Shown here: piece after piece, positions 50,401 through 63,106 of the stretch | Position numbering within the stretch: position 1 is the stretch's first letter | Layout of the letters: each line of letters opens with the position of its first letter | From: Balanoglossus misakiensis | Lineage: Eukaryota > Animalia > Hemichordata | DNA: 64,000 bases | Assembly (NCBI GenBank): GCA_040954595.2 | Contig: CM082592.2 | Coordinates: forward strand, 3,426,735-3,490,734 | Reading direction: 5' to 3' | Made by a program: the position numbers and the translations under genes | Notes under the pieces: model-generated | Database searches by the model: none | Told to the model about the DNA's origin: nothing | Seen by the model: only the letters and a program-made list of their open reading frames with translations

Positions 50401-53400
50401 CTCTTCCACCACCAAAACCACCGCCACCACCTCCTCTGCGGTCTTGATATCCACCGCCGCCACCACCACCTTGAAAGAGAAAAAAAGACGCAAGATAAGG
50501 GTGTGTGATCTTGACATATTCATAGTTTAGAACACTCCGTCCTGTTTGGTGCATGCTGGGCTGTTGATAAATTTTAAAGCTCCATTAGCTGTAACTTTTC
50601 CACTAAGTATTCAGTATTTTTTGTGTATCTACTGTAGTTACAAGTTCCTAAAAATAATGAAATACCCAGCATTAGCTTATCATTACAATTATGCATGTAT
50701 TGTCACCATTGTTATTGTTCTAGACTAGAATACACTCGTCAACAATAACAATGGTTGTTGCGCACAAACATGCTGTGTTGACAAGTTGCGTACTGGGTAT
50801 ATTAGCATGTTGTTTGGAGAAGAGCAAGAAATTGCATTTGATACACAGAACAAAAAATCAAGAAATAAAGCCAAAAGTTACAGTTAATGTCCCTTTAATA
50901 CATGAACACAAACTACCTAAAATTGTAAATGTTAGGTCAGAAAACACCATTACCAGCAGACTAGGGAGATAAAATGACATTAGAAAACACGGCTATCTTA
51001 TCACAATGTCTGTTGTTAGTTGTGACCAGAGCTACACAAAACTCTACAGCATCCCTATGGAAAAGAATGTTGGCATCTTCACAGATCTATGACACCTGTG
51101 GCCACTAGCTATGGGTGTGCAAAGGTGACAATGTCAAGGTGCATACAAATACATACCTTGGTTTGGTGGGATAAGAGGTTGTATTTGACGTGATTGTTGT
51201 AGTGAAGGAGATGGTACATGTTGTTGAACGGCTGAAGAAAAACCAGCCCCTCCATCGCTACCTACTGGGTGTCACCAACAACACAAGGTGACCAGAGTTA
51301 GTAGGAAAAGTACTGGATGTATTTTCTTGCTCTCGCTAATTAAATTATTTTTGAATAACAGTTTGAAATTTCAAATTAGAAATGGTAATTTCAAAACAAG
51401 ATATCATAAATGGTAATAATTTTTTTAAACATCCTTATCCTTACGCCCCCTTGTTCTGGCTTAATTGGTTGAAAATCGGGAGAGCTGAGAGGTTTTGAAC
51501 ATTTTCAAGATACCATAAGCCATAAATCAAACTGAAGTTGTAATATATATTAATTATCCAAAGAATAGTGAGTGGTCGAATGCAGTCGAATTATTGGTGT
51601 GAGTACGGGTGTCTATCTCAAGTCTTTCACCCCCATTTCCCTAGTATAACGGGCCACCATTGCTTTTGAAAACAATGGAGTTGGACCAAACCATGGGAGT
51701 GAAAGGGTTAAAATTCAGGGAATGCCATCTTCTCTCACCACACCAGGTGTGAATGAAAAAGTGCATTGTGTGGGTTTAGTAACAAATGTGGTAAAGTGGG
51801 ACATAAACCTTACAATAGAACACACAATGAATTTTAAGAATGAAAAACAGATACTTGACATAACAAATTTTACTTCATAGCTTTAACCCTTTCACCAGTT
51901 ATCTGGAGAGTTCCAACTTTTCCATAGAAAACAACAGACCAAACATTGCGGTGAAAGGGCTACAGCCACAATGCCAAGAGAATAATATGGACAACAAAAA
52001 GAAGTCTAAAAAATTATACACCAGTTCTCACGCTTCTTTCATACTAACTTGATCAGTACTAACCATGTAAGAGCACTGCAGATCTATTGCAAGAGTATTT
52101 CTAAAAGCAGATATACACCCTCCCGGGAGGGTCAATACGTACCCATATAACCACCTTGTGATTGCCCTCCGTAGCTCTGGCCACCGCCCTGTCCATAACC
52201 ACCGCCGCCTCCACCGCTCGACTGTCCATAACCACCGCCACCTCCACCTTGTGAAGACTGACCATAACCACCAGACTGCTGCTGCTGACCCTCCGACTGT
52301 CCATAGCTGCCCTGACCGCCACTCTGCTCGTAGCTAGGCGCGGACTGGCCGTATCCAGACGAGGCCGACTGTTGCCCGTATCCTCCTGACTGCTGACCAC
52401 CCGAGCTCTGACCGTAACCGCCAGTGTTTACCTGACCCTGCTGCCCGTATGACGATTGTCCTGAGTAAAGAAATAGAAGAAAAGTGATCACAACCCAATG
52501 AAATCAACACACCCAGCTATCCACATAGCCCTTAAACCACAGCCACACAACCTAGAGTGTTATTACAAAAGAACAAGAGTGCCAGGTTATTAATATTATA
52601 CAGACTTGTGTGATCTCCCAAACCACATGGAGCACTGTGAAACCTCATACGTTATTGCAAAACTGAACTTTGTTTCCCAGACAAAAGATAAATCTTTTAT
52701 AACTATAGAAATGCCCATGTCAAGAAATATCGCTCTTCAAAATTTAAAAATTACAACACTGAAATCAGTGTAATGAAAAGTGTAGCCACAACCCCTCCCA
52801 ATATTCTGAATACCCAGGCTTCAAAATGCTCCTTTTTGGGGACGACCACAACTTAAGAATAGTTCAGTCACACAGGAAACTTCTTCACAATCTGGTGCCT
52901 AGTGTTAATCTATGGGAGTACAGTATTCAAATGTAGCATTACCTTGGAAGCCGAACATTGATACCCCTGTGGATACAATGACAAAACAACGGTATTACTG
53001 TTCTGCAACTTGCAATCTAAATACTGCATTTACCATCCCTCAAATACCTCGTGGTTTCCATCACAGACGACGTCCCCGCACACTATCACTACTTCACAAC
53101 GACTTTCCATCACAGCTCTCCATTACATTTTCCTCTTGTGTCATCCACTTCCATGACAGCATGCTACCTTACCTAGCAGTTTTGATTTCAGCATGGAAGC
53201 AAAGAAGCTGCAGTTTGTTCCCTACTTGAGTTCAAAGCAGCCATTCACGCATGCTTAGCGGATTAATTCACAGAGAGAATATCATCAGCAGCCAATGTCC
53301 TCCCCAGGAATTTTTGATACAGCACAGTACTGGCTGTTACCATAAATCGTTCTTTTGTTTTCACAAAATTAATAAATAGAGGGTCATGATTACGCTGGGG

Positions 53401-55288
53401 ACAACACTAGAACTGGTATTAACCTTTTCACTCTCTGCTACCTTCCATCACTTCAGAGTTTTCCTTTTTAGATTTTTCACTCTGAACCACAAACTTGGAG
53501 AACTCCCAAAGCAGGTGCAATCACAAGCCTTTGGTCAAATAAGTTTTAGGGAAACTACAAAAAAAGTTTGAGCTAATAGTGGAAAGGTTAATACAATGAT
53601 TAAATCTGCTGTGAACTCAAGTTTCAAGACACTTCAACAATTTCCTACCTGGTTGATTTCCTTGGCCGTAGGACTGTTGCTGGGCACCGCCATAGCTAGT
53701 CTGAGCAGGCTGACCATAACTAGCGGCACCACCAGTGGCTGCACTTCCAGTTTGTGAATAACTCGTCCCTGTCTGGGCATAACTTGACTGATCATACCCT
53801 CCACCACCACCTCCTCCTCCCCCTCCCGCAGCTTGTTGACCATATCCCTGGAAGTAGAGAAAAATAACATCAGAAACAACAGTTTGGCCAGTAGGCTTCC
53901 TGGAATACTGTAAAACACTTTATTTTCGCGAGTTAAATTTTTCGCGATATCGAGAGAGGCCACTGTTTCGCGAGTATTAATTTTCGCGTTCTCTTATTTC
54001 ATTCACTGTATCGTTATCCTCAAAAACAATTAACGCGAATTTTTATATTCACGCTATTTTGGCTCTCGCGTATTTGGCAAAAATTAATTGCTCGCGAAAA
54101 TAAAGTGTTTTACAGTATTAGGTCAGGTATAAGTAGTGTTGCATAATTTTCTCAAACTATTTCACAAAAGTTTATGTTATTTTCAAAAAAGCTCTGAGGT
54201 ATTTCTGAACCTTACACATCGAAAACAAACAATGAACTATGATACACCATGAATGGTGTTTTCTGAACCGTACTCATAGGAAACAAACAATTTTGGTTTA
54301 CATACCTGCTGTGTGTAACCTTGACCATATCCTGCAGTGGCAGCGGGTTGTTGACTTTCTGGCTGTTGATAACCTGCCGCAGCCCCATATGAACCATAGC
54401 TATGGAGGGAACAAAAATTTATATCAACCTGTCAGTCATGTTGACAATACTAATTACTATGCACAAAACTACAATGAATCCATTTCTCGTTTCCCATGCA
54501 AATCCTATGGAGAATATTTTTTTCAACTACTGCACCTGTTTTTACTGTTAATGGGAACTTAACTTGTAATATTGGAATGAACGGCTACAAATAAACTCCA
54601 ACCATCGGAAACAATGTTATTTTTGAGAAAATGAATAAATTAGCCTGTGTAAACGTCACGGTAGTAAATTTCAATCACGTGACAATGGAAACAGCGCCCA
54701 TTACAAGACTCTGAAAATGTGCCCTGTTTAAATTGGCTCTTCTGAAGCTCGTGCCCAGAAAACAACATATTTGAATAGGAAGCGCGGTTTGAGTGGGGAT
54801 TCAGTCAATTTTAGAATTTCCACGGGTGGACAAATTGAACTTGAAAGTTGATTGCAAAACCAACATCGGCCATGCATTGCATCGAAAAGATGGCGGCGCA
54901 AATACATTACACATGATACAAATCGAGCTTTCCACAATAAAACGACTCACCCTTGTTGAGCTGCATAAGCTCCGTACTCTGAAAAGTAAAATCACATATT
55001 TAAGTTTAAAACTTGAAGAAATATCTCAAGCCAGAAGGCAAAACACGAGAAAACCAGTTCAATCATTAAATGCGACCACGGTTTGCCAACGCTTGATTAC
55101 AACAAAAGGTTGATACAATTTCACAATTTGGATGGTTATCATAGCTACAAGATTCCTTTCACATGAAACTTCTTCTACAAAAAGGCAACAATGATAGCAA
55201 TTGAAAACGGCCACAAATGTGGAAATTTTCTGCCATTTCTCGCCCAAAAATGCAAAAACTTACGTGCATCTGACCCTGGTTGTGCCAT
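41401..55288 (-). CDS. FET-family RNA-binding protein (FUS/EWSR1/TAF15/cabeza co-ortholog), ~520 aa core isoform
   Basis: 14 core exons: 55264-55288, 54951-54978, 54306-54399, 53649-53847, 52143-52460, 50385-50469, 47409-47461, 44283-44327, 43692-43798, 43146-43275, 42815-42904, 42331-42457, 41987-42063, 41401-41585. Total 1563 nt. SYGQ-rich low-complexity domain, RGG boxes, RRM (DTVFVSGL...[37 protein letters not shown]), RanBP2 zinc finger (GDWTC...C...[11 protein letters not shown]) and C-terminal [14 protein letters not shown]. Confidence 0.95.
41674..41840 (+). mobile_element. MITE family C copy (intronic)
   Basis: CAGTGTGCTATCTAA ... TTAGAGGGCACACTG; aligns with 27493-27665. Confidence 0.85.
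44173..44259 (+). mobile_element. Miniature piggyBac-like MITE (family F, ~85 bp)
   Basis: TTAACCCTTTCACC ... GAAAACAATAGATTTGGACCAAACCATGGTGGTGAAA; relatives at 51623-51711 and 51883-51962. Confidence 0.65.
50574..50898 (+). mobile_element. TTAA-flanked MITE family D
   Basis: TTAAAGCTCCATTAGCTGTAACTTTT ... AAAAGTTACAGTTAATGTCCCTTTAA terminal inverted repeats. Confidence 0.8.
51623..51962 (+). mobile_element. Two miniature piggyBac-like MITEs (51623-51711, 51883-51962)
   Basis: CTTTCACC...GTGAAAGGGTTAA and TTAACCCTTTCACC...GGTGAAAGGG; they share a GAAAACAA..GACCAAAC core with 44173-44259. Confidence 0.6.
53419..53591. mobile_element. TTAA-flanked MITE with CC..GG termini (piggyBac-like)
   Basis: TTAACCTTTTCACT ... 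AGTGGAAAGGTTAA. Confidence 0.55.
53906..54117. mobile_element. TA-flanked MITE family B, intact copy
   Basis: Perfect 27-bp inverted termini including the TA: TACTGTAAAACACTTTATTTTCGCGAG / CTCGCGAAAATAAAGTGTTTTACAGTA. Confidence 0.93.
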
Positions 55289-56002
55289 TTTGAACGAAAG
55301 CGTGACTCTTTGCTGGGGGTCCTTCCGTCGATGACGCGTCTATGACTTGCTCATCTTGGGCGTTGGTGGCGCTATTAAAGTTGCGTTTCACATGCACACA
55401 CCATCGAAATACACCCCCAAAATCAAAGATCCTCTGATCATGTTGAAATTAAAACTAATACTACAGATACTATGATTCCTAGACATTTAATATGTGGAAT
55501 AAAAACAGGGGTCAACCAGCTAGTTTTTGGGGGAAGCTCCCTCTATCGAACCCTTCTCTAAGCTTTTGTCAGTATTCATAGAACTTGGTAAACTTCAGCG
55601 AATTATTTTGGGAAGGCTAAATCATGTTTTTTCAGCATTATAGAATCTACATGTAATGAATATTTTATTTTTAGCAATTTTGAATTTTGTTGTTATTTCG
55701 TATGATAATCGCACATCATTTCCAAAGAAATTGCCTAAAAATCCACTTTTATATACATGTATATTTTTTACTACTTCCAGACTAAACTTTTGTAAAACTT
55801 GATAGATAATTTATTTGAAATAATTTGTTTGAGTTTGTTACTTCCAAGACATGTATAGATAACAGACTACCAATTGTAAACATGCACTTTCATCATCACA
55901 TATAAATTGCTGAGATATGAATTGCATTCTGGTAACTGCTGCATGCTGGGAACTATATCATGAAATTCAACAAGAAGACACTTGATTGTCAGATATTATC
56001 GC

Positions 56003-56008
56003 TTTATT
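56003..56008 (-). terminator. Putative polyadenylation signal of the TIR-HEAT gene
   Basis: AATAAA on the minus strand at the end of an AT-rich ~3.4-kb stretch, about 700 bp upstream of the FET start; positional inference. Confidence 0.35.
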
Positions 56009-58453
56009 CTGCAAATTATTAATGTAAATTTTCTCATGTATACAATATCAGACAAAGTTTGCCATATTTGGACAAAGCTCACACTACACTACAGAGCAGA
56101 AACTTGCAGCCGTTAGAGTATACACATACTCATATCACAAACTCTACTTTTACTCTTATAAATATTCAGTTATAAAAATACAGAATTCCAGTTGTTCAGA
56201 CAAAAACATACAAATACATATCATAGGTCATCGTTTCAAAAACATGGTTAGATCCTTTCGAGGAAACAATTGTCTAAATGCTACTTATTTTACTGTGGGA
56301 AATTTGGCAGCTATAGGGGCTGTAATGATACATAATTACGTTAATTTGAACACAGATATGCATTTTGTTCAAATACATGTAGCCGTGATTTGAATGATGA
56401 GTGACATTTGTCCCCATCTGTCATTATAGACTAACGCCACTTTGCTGACTGCAACACGACATTTGTAAGTGATTCATGGCGCAGTACAAAAAATAAGATG
56501 AAAGTGAACAGCAGATCAGGAAGATATTACATCACAGTTTTTGATATAACTGACTCATCAAAACCAATGATTCAGTAGTGACTTCAATGACAGCAATACT
56601 TATTGTCTCAGTGACATCAGAGATTGTGAAATGGCCTTACTGAAACAAAACAAGATAATTTATACTATTGTCATCATTATCAAGGAATAACGAATTTTCT
56701 ATACTTCTGACTGACTCTTTACCCCATATGCAAATACGTGAAATAACATTTACAGTACATGCAAAGCAAAAAACTCCCTCTAAATCTGATTATCAGAAAG
56801 GCACTCATGTCTATTCTCCTGTCAAAATAGCCTACCCACTTTTTTAATAATCATAATTTTATCACAAGTTATCTGTGCATTGCACAGGAAATATATAATA
56901 AATAGTTTGCTAAAGTTCTATATACATGTACAAGTCACTATTTTTTACATATCACATCATTAATACTGTCTATTTTGATATTGGTGTATACATGTCTTTA
57001 TAGGCATCATATCAGAGAGCTGTGGATCCACAGCTAACATTAGGGACACTCTTATATATCACACTCACTCTTTTATAATTTTCTATTTTCAACTACATGT
57101 ACCTCATCAATGCATTCATCATTTCACAGTGACCAATTGTGAAAATATGCAATTTGGCACTAAATATTACAAGGTTTATGATGCAGAATGGCAATATAAA
57201 TGTATTGTGAAATCCTGTCATGAATTATTCACTTTGTTAAATGATACACCACTCAAAGAACATAAGAATCCTGTTGGCTCGTCAGAGTAATGGACCTTTA
57301 AGCCTAGTATTTACGTAATTCTATCTTTCCATTTATATGAAAATCATTCAGGTTCCACCGAGTCAATATAAGGCAAATCCACAGCTGTGTGTAGACTGAT
57401 TGTAATATTACTCGTTTCCATGACAACCATCTTGCAAACAGCCAGAAAGCTAATCAGATTTGGCACACACTTTACAATAAGCTCAGTGTTGTGAATTATC
57501 GGCACCACTGTTACTGGTGAAAATTGAGTAAAATCAATATTTTTTTCTAAATTTTGCAAGACACGTACCCTGGAGGCTTGATGGATTAATGAAAATGGCA
57601 TTTATGCATCATTCATTACGATATTCGTTTTCGTTTGCTTTGCATGTTCTTACTAACCCTGAATGTAGTCTTACTTGCTACCCCAATGCCTTATCCGTCT
57701 GATCAAGCCAAGCATTTCTAGTCCAGCTGGGTATAAGCCCACTGGTGGTTAATAAGAGGAATGCTATGTTGAGGGGAGGGGGGGGGGGGATATCAGCATA
57801 CAGCAGAAAATCAGACTCGCACATCAAAGTGGGGGTTGTGAACATTTCTTTTTCACATGGGAGAGTGACCTCACATATAAATGTCACTGGTAAACATAAC
57901 TGTCTTTGGAAACCAGACTGAACCTTACATGTCTGCTTCAGTCTTCTGGACTGGCTGCAGTGAAATATTGTGTACCGGTATATAAGCAGAAACACTTTAC
58001 AAATACTACGGTATATGCAATGAGGGCTACATCAGATTAGTATCAGTTCAACTTTATCACCGAGTCTTAGTTTATAACCCGGCATCTAATTTTTTTTTAA
58101 ATCCTTGCCATCATTTATCGCCCACTCGCTGTGTCATGTTTGGATTTCCTAATTAAATCGACCAGTGCACGACGCAGGAAGCTCACTCAGCCAGAGGCTT
58201 GTGTAATACCTGACCACTTTACATTTGTCAAGCAGTGCAGGACATGTTGACATCTGTCACAATTAGCAGGCGTGTCGCTCTGAATCAGTGTGTGCCCTCT
58301 AACAAGTCCTTCAAAAATTTGTGTCAGTCCATACAATCATAGCAATTGCTGTGTCTGCCAACACTGACATGTGATATGATTTTTTTTTCACCACAGAGAC
58401 TATCTTTCACCATTCATGTCTCATGTTTGAATTGAGAGAAATACACTCCCTAG

Positions 58454-58640
58454 CATTGTGCCTTCTAAACACAGATATTACTTAAAGGCTTTGAGTCATA
58501 TTTAGGATTCCTAAAAATTTCTCTGAGTCAGCCCTATACCTTTGGCATGTATTGTGGATACTAGTAATTTTCTTAAGTCACCAGTGAGTTTGTCGAGTTG
58601 GTGGCATGACATATTTGCTTAGACTCTAGACGGCACATTG
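58454..58640 (+). mobile_element. MITE family C copy
   Basis: CATTGTGCCTTCTAA ... CTAGACGGCACATTG; internal sequence aligns with 27493-27665. Confidence 0.8.
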
Positions 58641-59433
58641 TACTGCTCCCCAGAATACATAGTTACAAAGCAAACCAAGGGTCCATTACATACTAGTACT
58701 TGTAATTCTACTGTAATATGCATTTTCATATTGAATCCTTTTGACACATGATGCTGAATTTTAATAGGCCAGAAAATGATAGAGTTTTGCATCTCGTACT
58801 TGTTAGCATCATTTGAAAACAAGTACATCTTAGCTTTTTTTTAGTTTACGAACCCTAACATCAAAATCTTTGTTCATATAGAATCCAATATATGACATCA
58901 TTAAAAAACAGAGTGGCCATCTTTGTTCTGAGTGCACAATTTCACAAGGGCGTCATCATACTACTTTTAAAAATTACAGTTCAATCTAGTGAAAAACTTC
59001 TGTTCTTGCCATTATATTATAAACCAGATTTTTTTAACCTGTTGGTTTGTGTATGAAAACATGAATTCCATTTAAAAAAACAACAGAAGATCCAGATATT
59101 CTGGGCTCCGTTTACAGGACAATCATATTTCTTTAAAATATGACGATTGATATATACAAAATATATATGTGTTCAGAAATAGTTCGCATGGCATAAAAAA
59201 TTGACACGTAAAATTCCAGCATTCTCATTATTGATTGCCTTTACTACATACAATGTATATCATTGTCACTAATCCACTAAGCTGACTTTGAGTTGTGTTG
59301 GCACAGATACGTAAAATTACATTAGCCTACATGTCTTTTACATTTGAAATTCTCTACTCCTCAGATATAACCTTGCTTTTACGAGTTCTTGGTGATCTGA
59401 TATCATCACCTGATCATCACTGCTTTCTCACTG

Positions 59434-62400
59434 TTATTTATCAGCAGCCAACGTTTTCATTTCGTCACCCAAAACTTTGGTCAACTTCAGGGCTTCTTTG
59501 GCTTGGTCGGCACCCATTAGACTCAGGGCGAGTTCGGCTGCGTTTCTCACATGGGATATAGCATCATTTCGCCTGCAGAATGAAAATGGAGAAGGTTGAT
59601 TAGACACACACAGCAGTCGTTTGAACTAAATTTTAGACCGAAATAAACCCATAAAAATACGGTCATGTTAGGGACCGTCTCAGATTGTCACATAAGTTCA
59701 ACGAACAAAATTTGTTCATTTGGATTCCCTTAACGAAAGTTCAGAAGTGTTGATACCTGAAATAAAGTGCAATGTTGCAGTTTAAAGGTATACAGTCACC
59801 TATGGAAATTTAGCTACAGTTACCATGGTAAACTTGAGATCTAGCCAATCATGGATTTTCAGTGGGTGGCGAATGCGAAAAAAAGAGCGCCACCATATGT
59901 TGTTTGGAACCCTCAAATACGCCATTTCAGCCATATATGGGCATATGTAAATAGGAGGTGACTGTATACTTTTAACTGTAGATGTTAATTCAGTCTAAGT
60001 ATTTTCACACCGGTTAAATTTATTCTAAATATGCTTCATTTCACATTGTATTACCACACAAGTTGCATTTGACCATCTTAGAAATGCACTATAATTTTCA
60101 TTGCTGTAGTGAGTCGAGTCCTATTTCAGATAATGAGAGTAGTGTGCCAACACATCCGGTACAGACAGTATTTTTTTTCTGCTGTCAGCACTGAGATGCC
60201 AACCGACATAAATGTCATAGAAGTTCCTGCCATCCATTTCATCTCTAAATGTTGCCACAGGGTTAAAACTCGAAAAGTGTACTTTGTTGGCACCCTGCTA
60301 AAACTGTTACGACCAATGTGTGTGTGAAAAAATAACCAATGAAGAAATGGCTCTGAGTGGTTGCTATAGAAACACCATAAAAAGGCGAGGAATATCAGGA
60401 TTTTTAGGTGCATTTGTCATGTCTCTCAGATTGATAATGACATTTAGGTTTTTCATCTCATCTGGGAGGCCCAAAAACTGTGACATATAGATGTCAAAAC
60501 GACAAAGGCATAAAAAAATGTGAGTCCATTATACTGATAAATGGTGGTTTCAACCTGACATAATGTGTCGCAATATCCAAGTTCTCACTCACCAGAGATC
60601 GACGATATTTGGGACGGCAGATTCCACTTGGAGGTGCCCCAGGGACAAACAGGCACTTTCCCGCACAAGGCGATCTTCGTCGCTCAGCAGTTTGATCAGC
60701 TTATCTACGATCTTCCGATTCATCTTGCCTGCAGCAGGAGTAAATGAAGACAAATGGTCCAATGAGATTGAATATCACACAAGACTTCATTTCAGTCGGA
60801 TATGGAACTCATAAGTTACGGACATCCTCACATGCGTTGATGAAGAATTTAAATCATTCACTCTAAAATGTATGAAACAGATTGGAGAGAAATTCACTGA
60901 CTACACATAATTTGCTAGTTGTGATTTAAAAATATCATGACAACTGGAGGCTCCAGATCATGCCCACAAAGATCGTGTGCGCAAATATTCATGACTTGTG
61001 ATATATGTTCCCCATGCACTTCAAAGATCTCTACTACGCATTTTCACAACATTTAAAGGGAAGGGGTCGTCGCGCCGCGTGGGTGTCCCCCTTGATGACA
61101 ATATGTCCTCCCGTACCAGCACAAACCTCACTGCAGTCGCCACGACCAACTAGGATCTTCAGTTGCTGCCATGCCCAGTCTACGCTACGGTTGGCTGCTT
61201 CGTTCATTCTAAGAATTATCTAATTTCAGGCATTTGTGGATGAATTGTAATGTTTATAATCAAACAAATTCGGCGCGAAGACCGCTTCACTTTAAATGTG
61301 CAGCCATGCAGCGTTAAATGTATAACAGCCCTGGCTGAACAGCGGACGTGTTGCATAATTTTACCTGTTCTACCCAAGGAGATGGCTGCAACAGCTCTCA
61401 TGTTGGGGTCTTGATCCTCGAGGAGATCCAACAGGGCTTCGATGACCGACGGAGTCCTGAATGTGCCTACAAGAGATTTATCACAAAAAGAACATCTCCT
61501 TATTAACAAATACTAAAAATTTTTGTCAGTTATACTGCCTTGCTATTTTCCATTCTCAGTCATTCAGTGAAGATCACTGCTAGAGCATCCGAAAACTTTA
61601 TTTTGAGTTATATTTCTTTTCTTTTTTGGGGGGTAGCATTGACACTGCTGTTTCTTGTTCTACTCTGTAAAACATAACTTGCTTAGTTTTTTTTTTTCAA
61701 CACAGCATTTTTATAGTAATCAGCATTGCCATTGTTGACAACTACCGTAAATCCAAGTCCGGCTGTTACTCATACACAGACTTTGTTGAGAAGCTAAAGA
61801 CAGAACACTTCATAAAACTACCCAGAGTAGAACAGGAAAGCAAAGTTGATACATGGAAGAAAAATACTGGAAAAATAGCCCAAAGTTGACCTTTAATCTG
61901 ACTTACTTAAATTTTGGATGGCATCTAATCTGACAGTGCTCTCCATGTCAAACACTTCCCTCATGGCAAAACTTCCAATGGCATATTCTATTAACCTTTC
62001 ATAGAACCTGTCTGGATCACCTTGTTTGTCTCCACAGAAGTTATCGTAAGTTTTCTTGGAGATTGTCTTGGATAACTCCAGCACATCCTTGTAAATGAGA
62101 TTCATCAACCAACGCGTTTTATCTTCCGGGAACTCCGTCGCAAGCCGGTCCGCGTATTCCGCGGTGAACTTCTCCCGGAATTCTATCCATGGAACGTCTG
62201 TTTTGTTTCCGAATGTTCGCTCCCAGAAGTCCCGGGTTGCCAGCACATTGGTCAGATGGCGGCGAGATTTCTGTCTCTGATAATTCATTTTGTATTTGCG
62301 TGTCTCTTCCGCTTCTGAGAGATCGGGTGTCTGATGATTTGAATCAACATCTTGTATCTCCGATTTCAGAGCCGTAATGAGCCCCGGAATATTGTTTTCT

Positions 62401-63106
62401 CGGTCGCTTTGGGTTTCCACGACAACCCAGTTCAACTTGGCCAGTGTAAGTCGCCTGCAAGTACAGTATACTTTTGTTATTTTTTGTTCTATGCCATGAT
62501 CAACAGCTCTGGTACATCAGTAAATTTGCACTTATCATGTACCAGCCATGTTTTACACACCTCTGTAATGTAGATGCAAATAAATTTTCCCTGTTAGTGT
62601 TACAGAGCCTGATGTGTCCTTTTGGCTGCAAACACACTGCCAGGCCATGAGCACCCTAGTACATGTACTATGATGCATGTTGAAAGTCTCTTCTTTAACC
62701 ACTGTAAACATTCTTATATTCACATGATACAAGTCCCATTGCTCAAATACCACATTTCCGGTCGCCAGATTCGCAATGGGTAACATGTGTAATCTAAAAT
62801 CACCTTCACATTTCAGTCTGTTGCCACAGGAGAGGGTTTATTCAAACAAGACTACCGGTAATTAGTAAAATGCAGTTGTTTCACTGATTTTCAGTCCTTT
62901 AAAAATGTCCTACCAATCAATCCATCCCTCAAGACGTCGATGCTGACTACATGTACTTACATGCCGAAGTCTAAATGTTCAGCCACTGCTGCAAACTGTT
63001 CTCTTGAAACAGGAAAAATCGACTTGTTAGAAATGTAAGCCAGAGCAACTTCATCTTGGCAAGTTTTACTGCATGCCGAATCTTTACTCAAAATAATCAG
63101 AAAAAC
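59434..63106 (-). CDS. Partial (3' end) uncharacterised protein: TIR_2 domain C-half, Cbl-like EF-hand segment, HEAT repeats; 5' exons lie beyond the window
   Basis: Phase-consistent exons 62961-63106 (VFLIILSKDSACSKTCQDEVALAYISNKSIFPV), 61907-62454 (RLTLAKLNWV...DFWERTFGNKTDVPWIEFREKF...VRLDAIQNL), 61365-61466 (ALLDLLEDQDPNMRAVAAISLGR), 60593-60728 (LIKLLSDEDRLVRESACLSLGHL), 59434-59572 (NDAISHVRNAAELAL...stop TAA). Confidence 0.85.
59782..59975 (-). mobile_element. MITE family A, intact copy
   Basis: TTAAAGGTATACAGTCACCT ... AGGTGACTGTATACTTTTAA terminal inverted repeats with TTAA ends. Confidence 0.85.
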
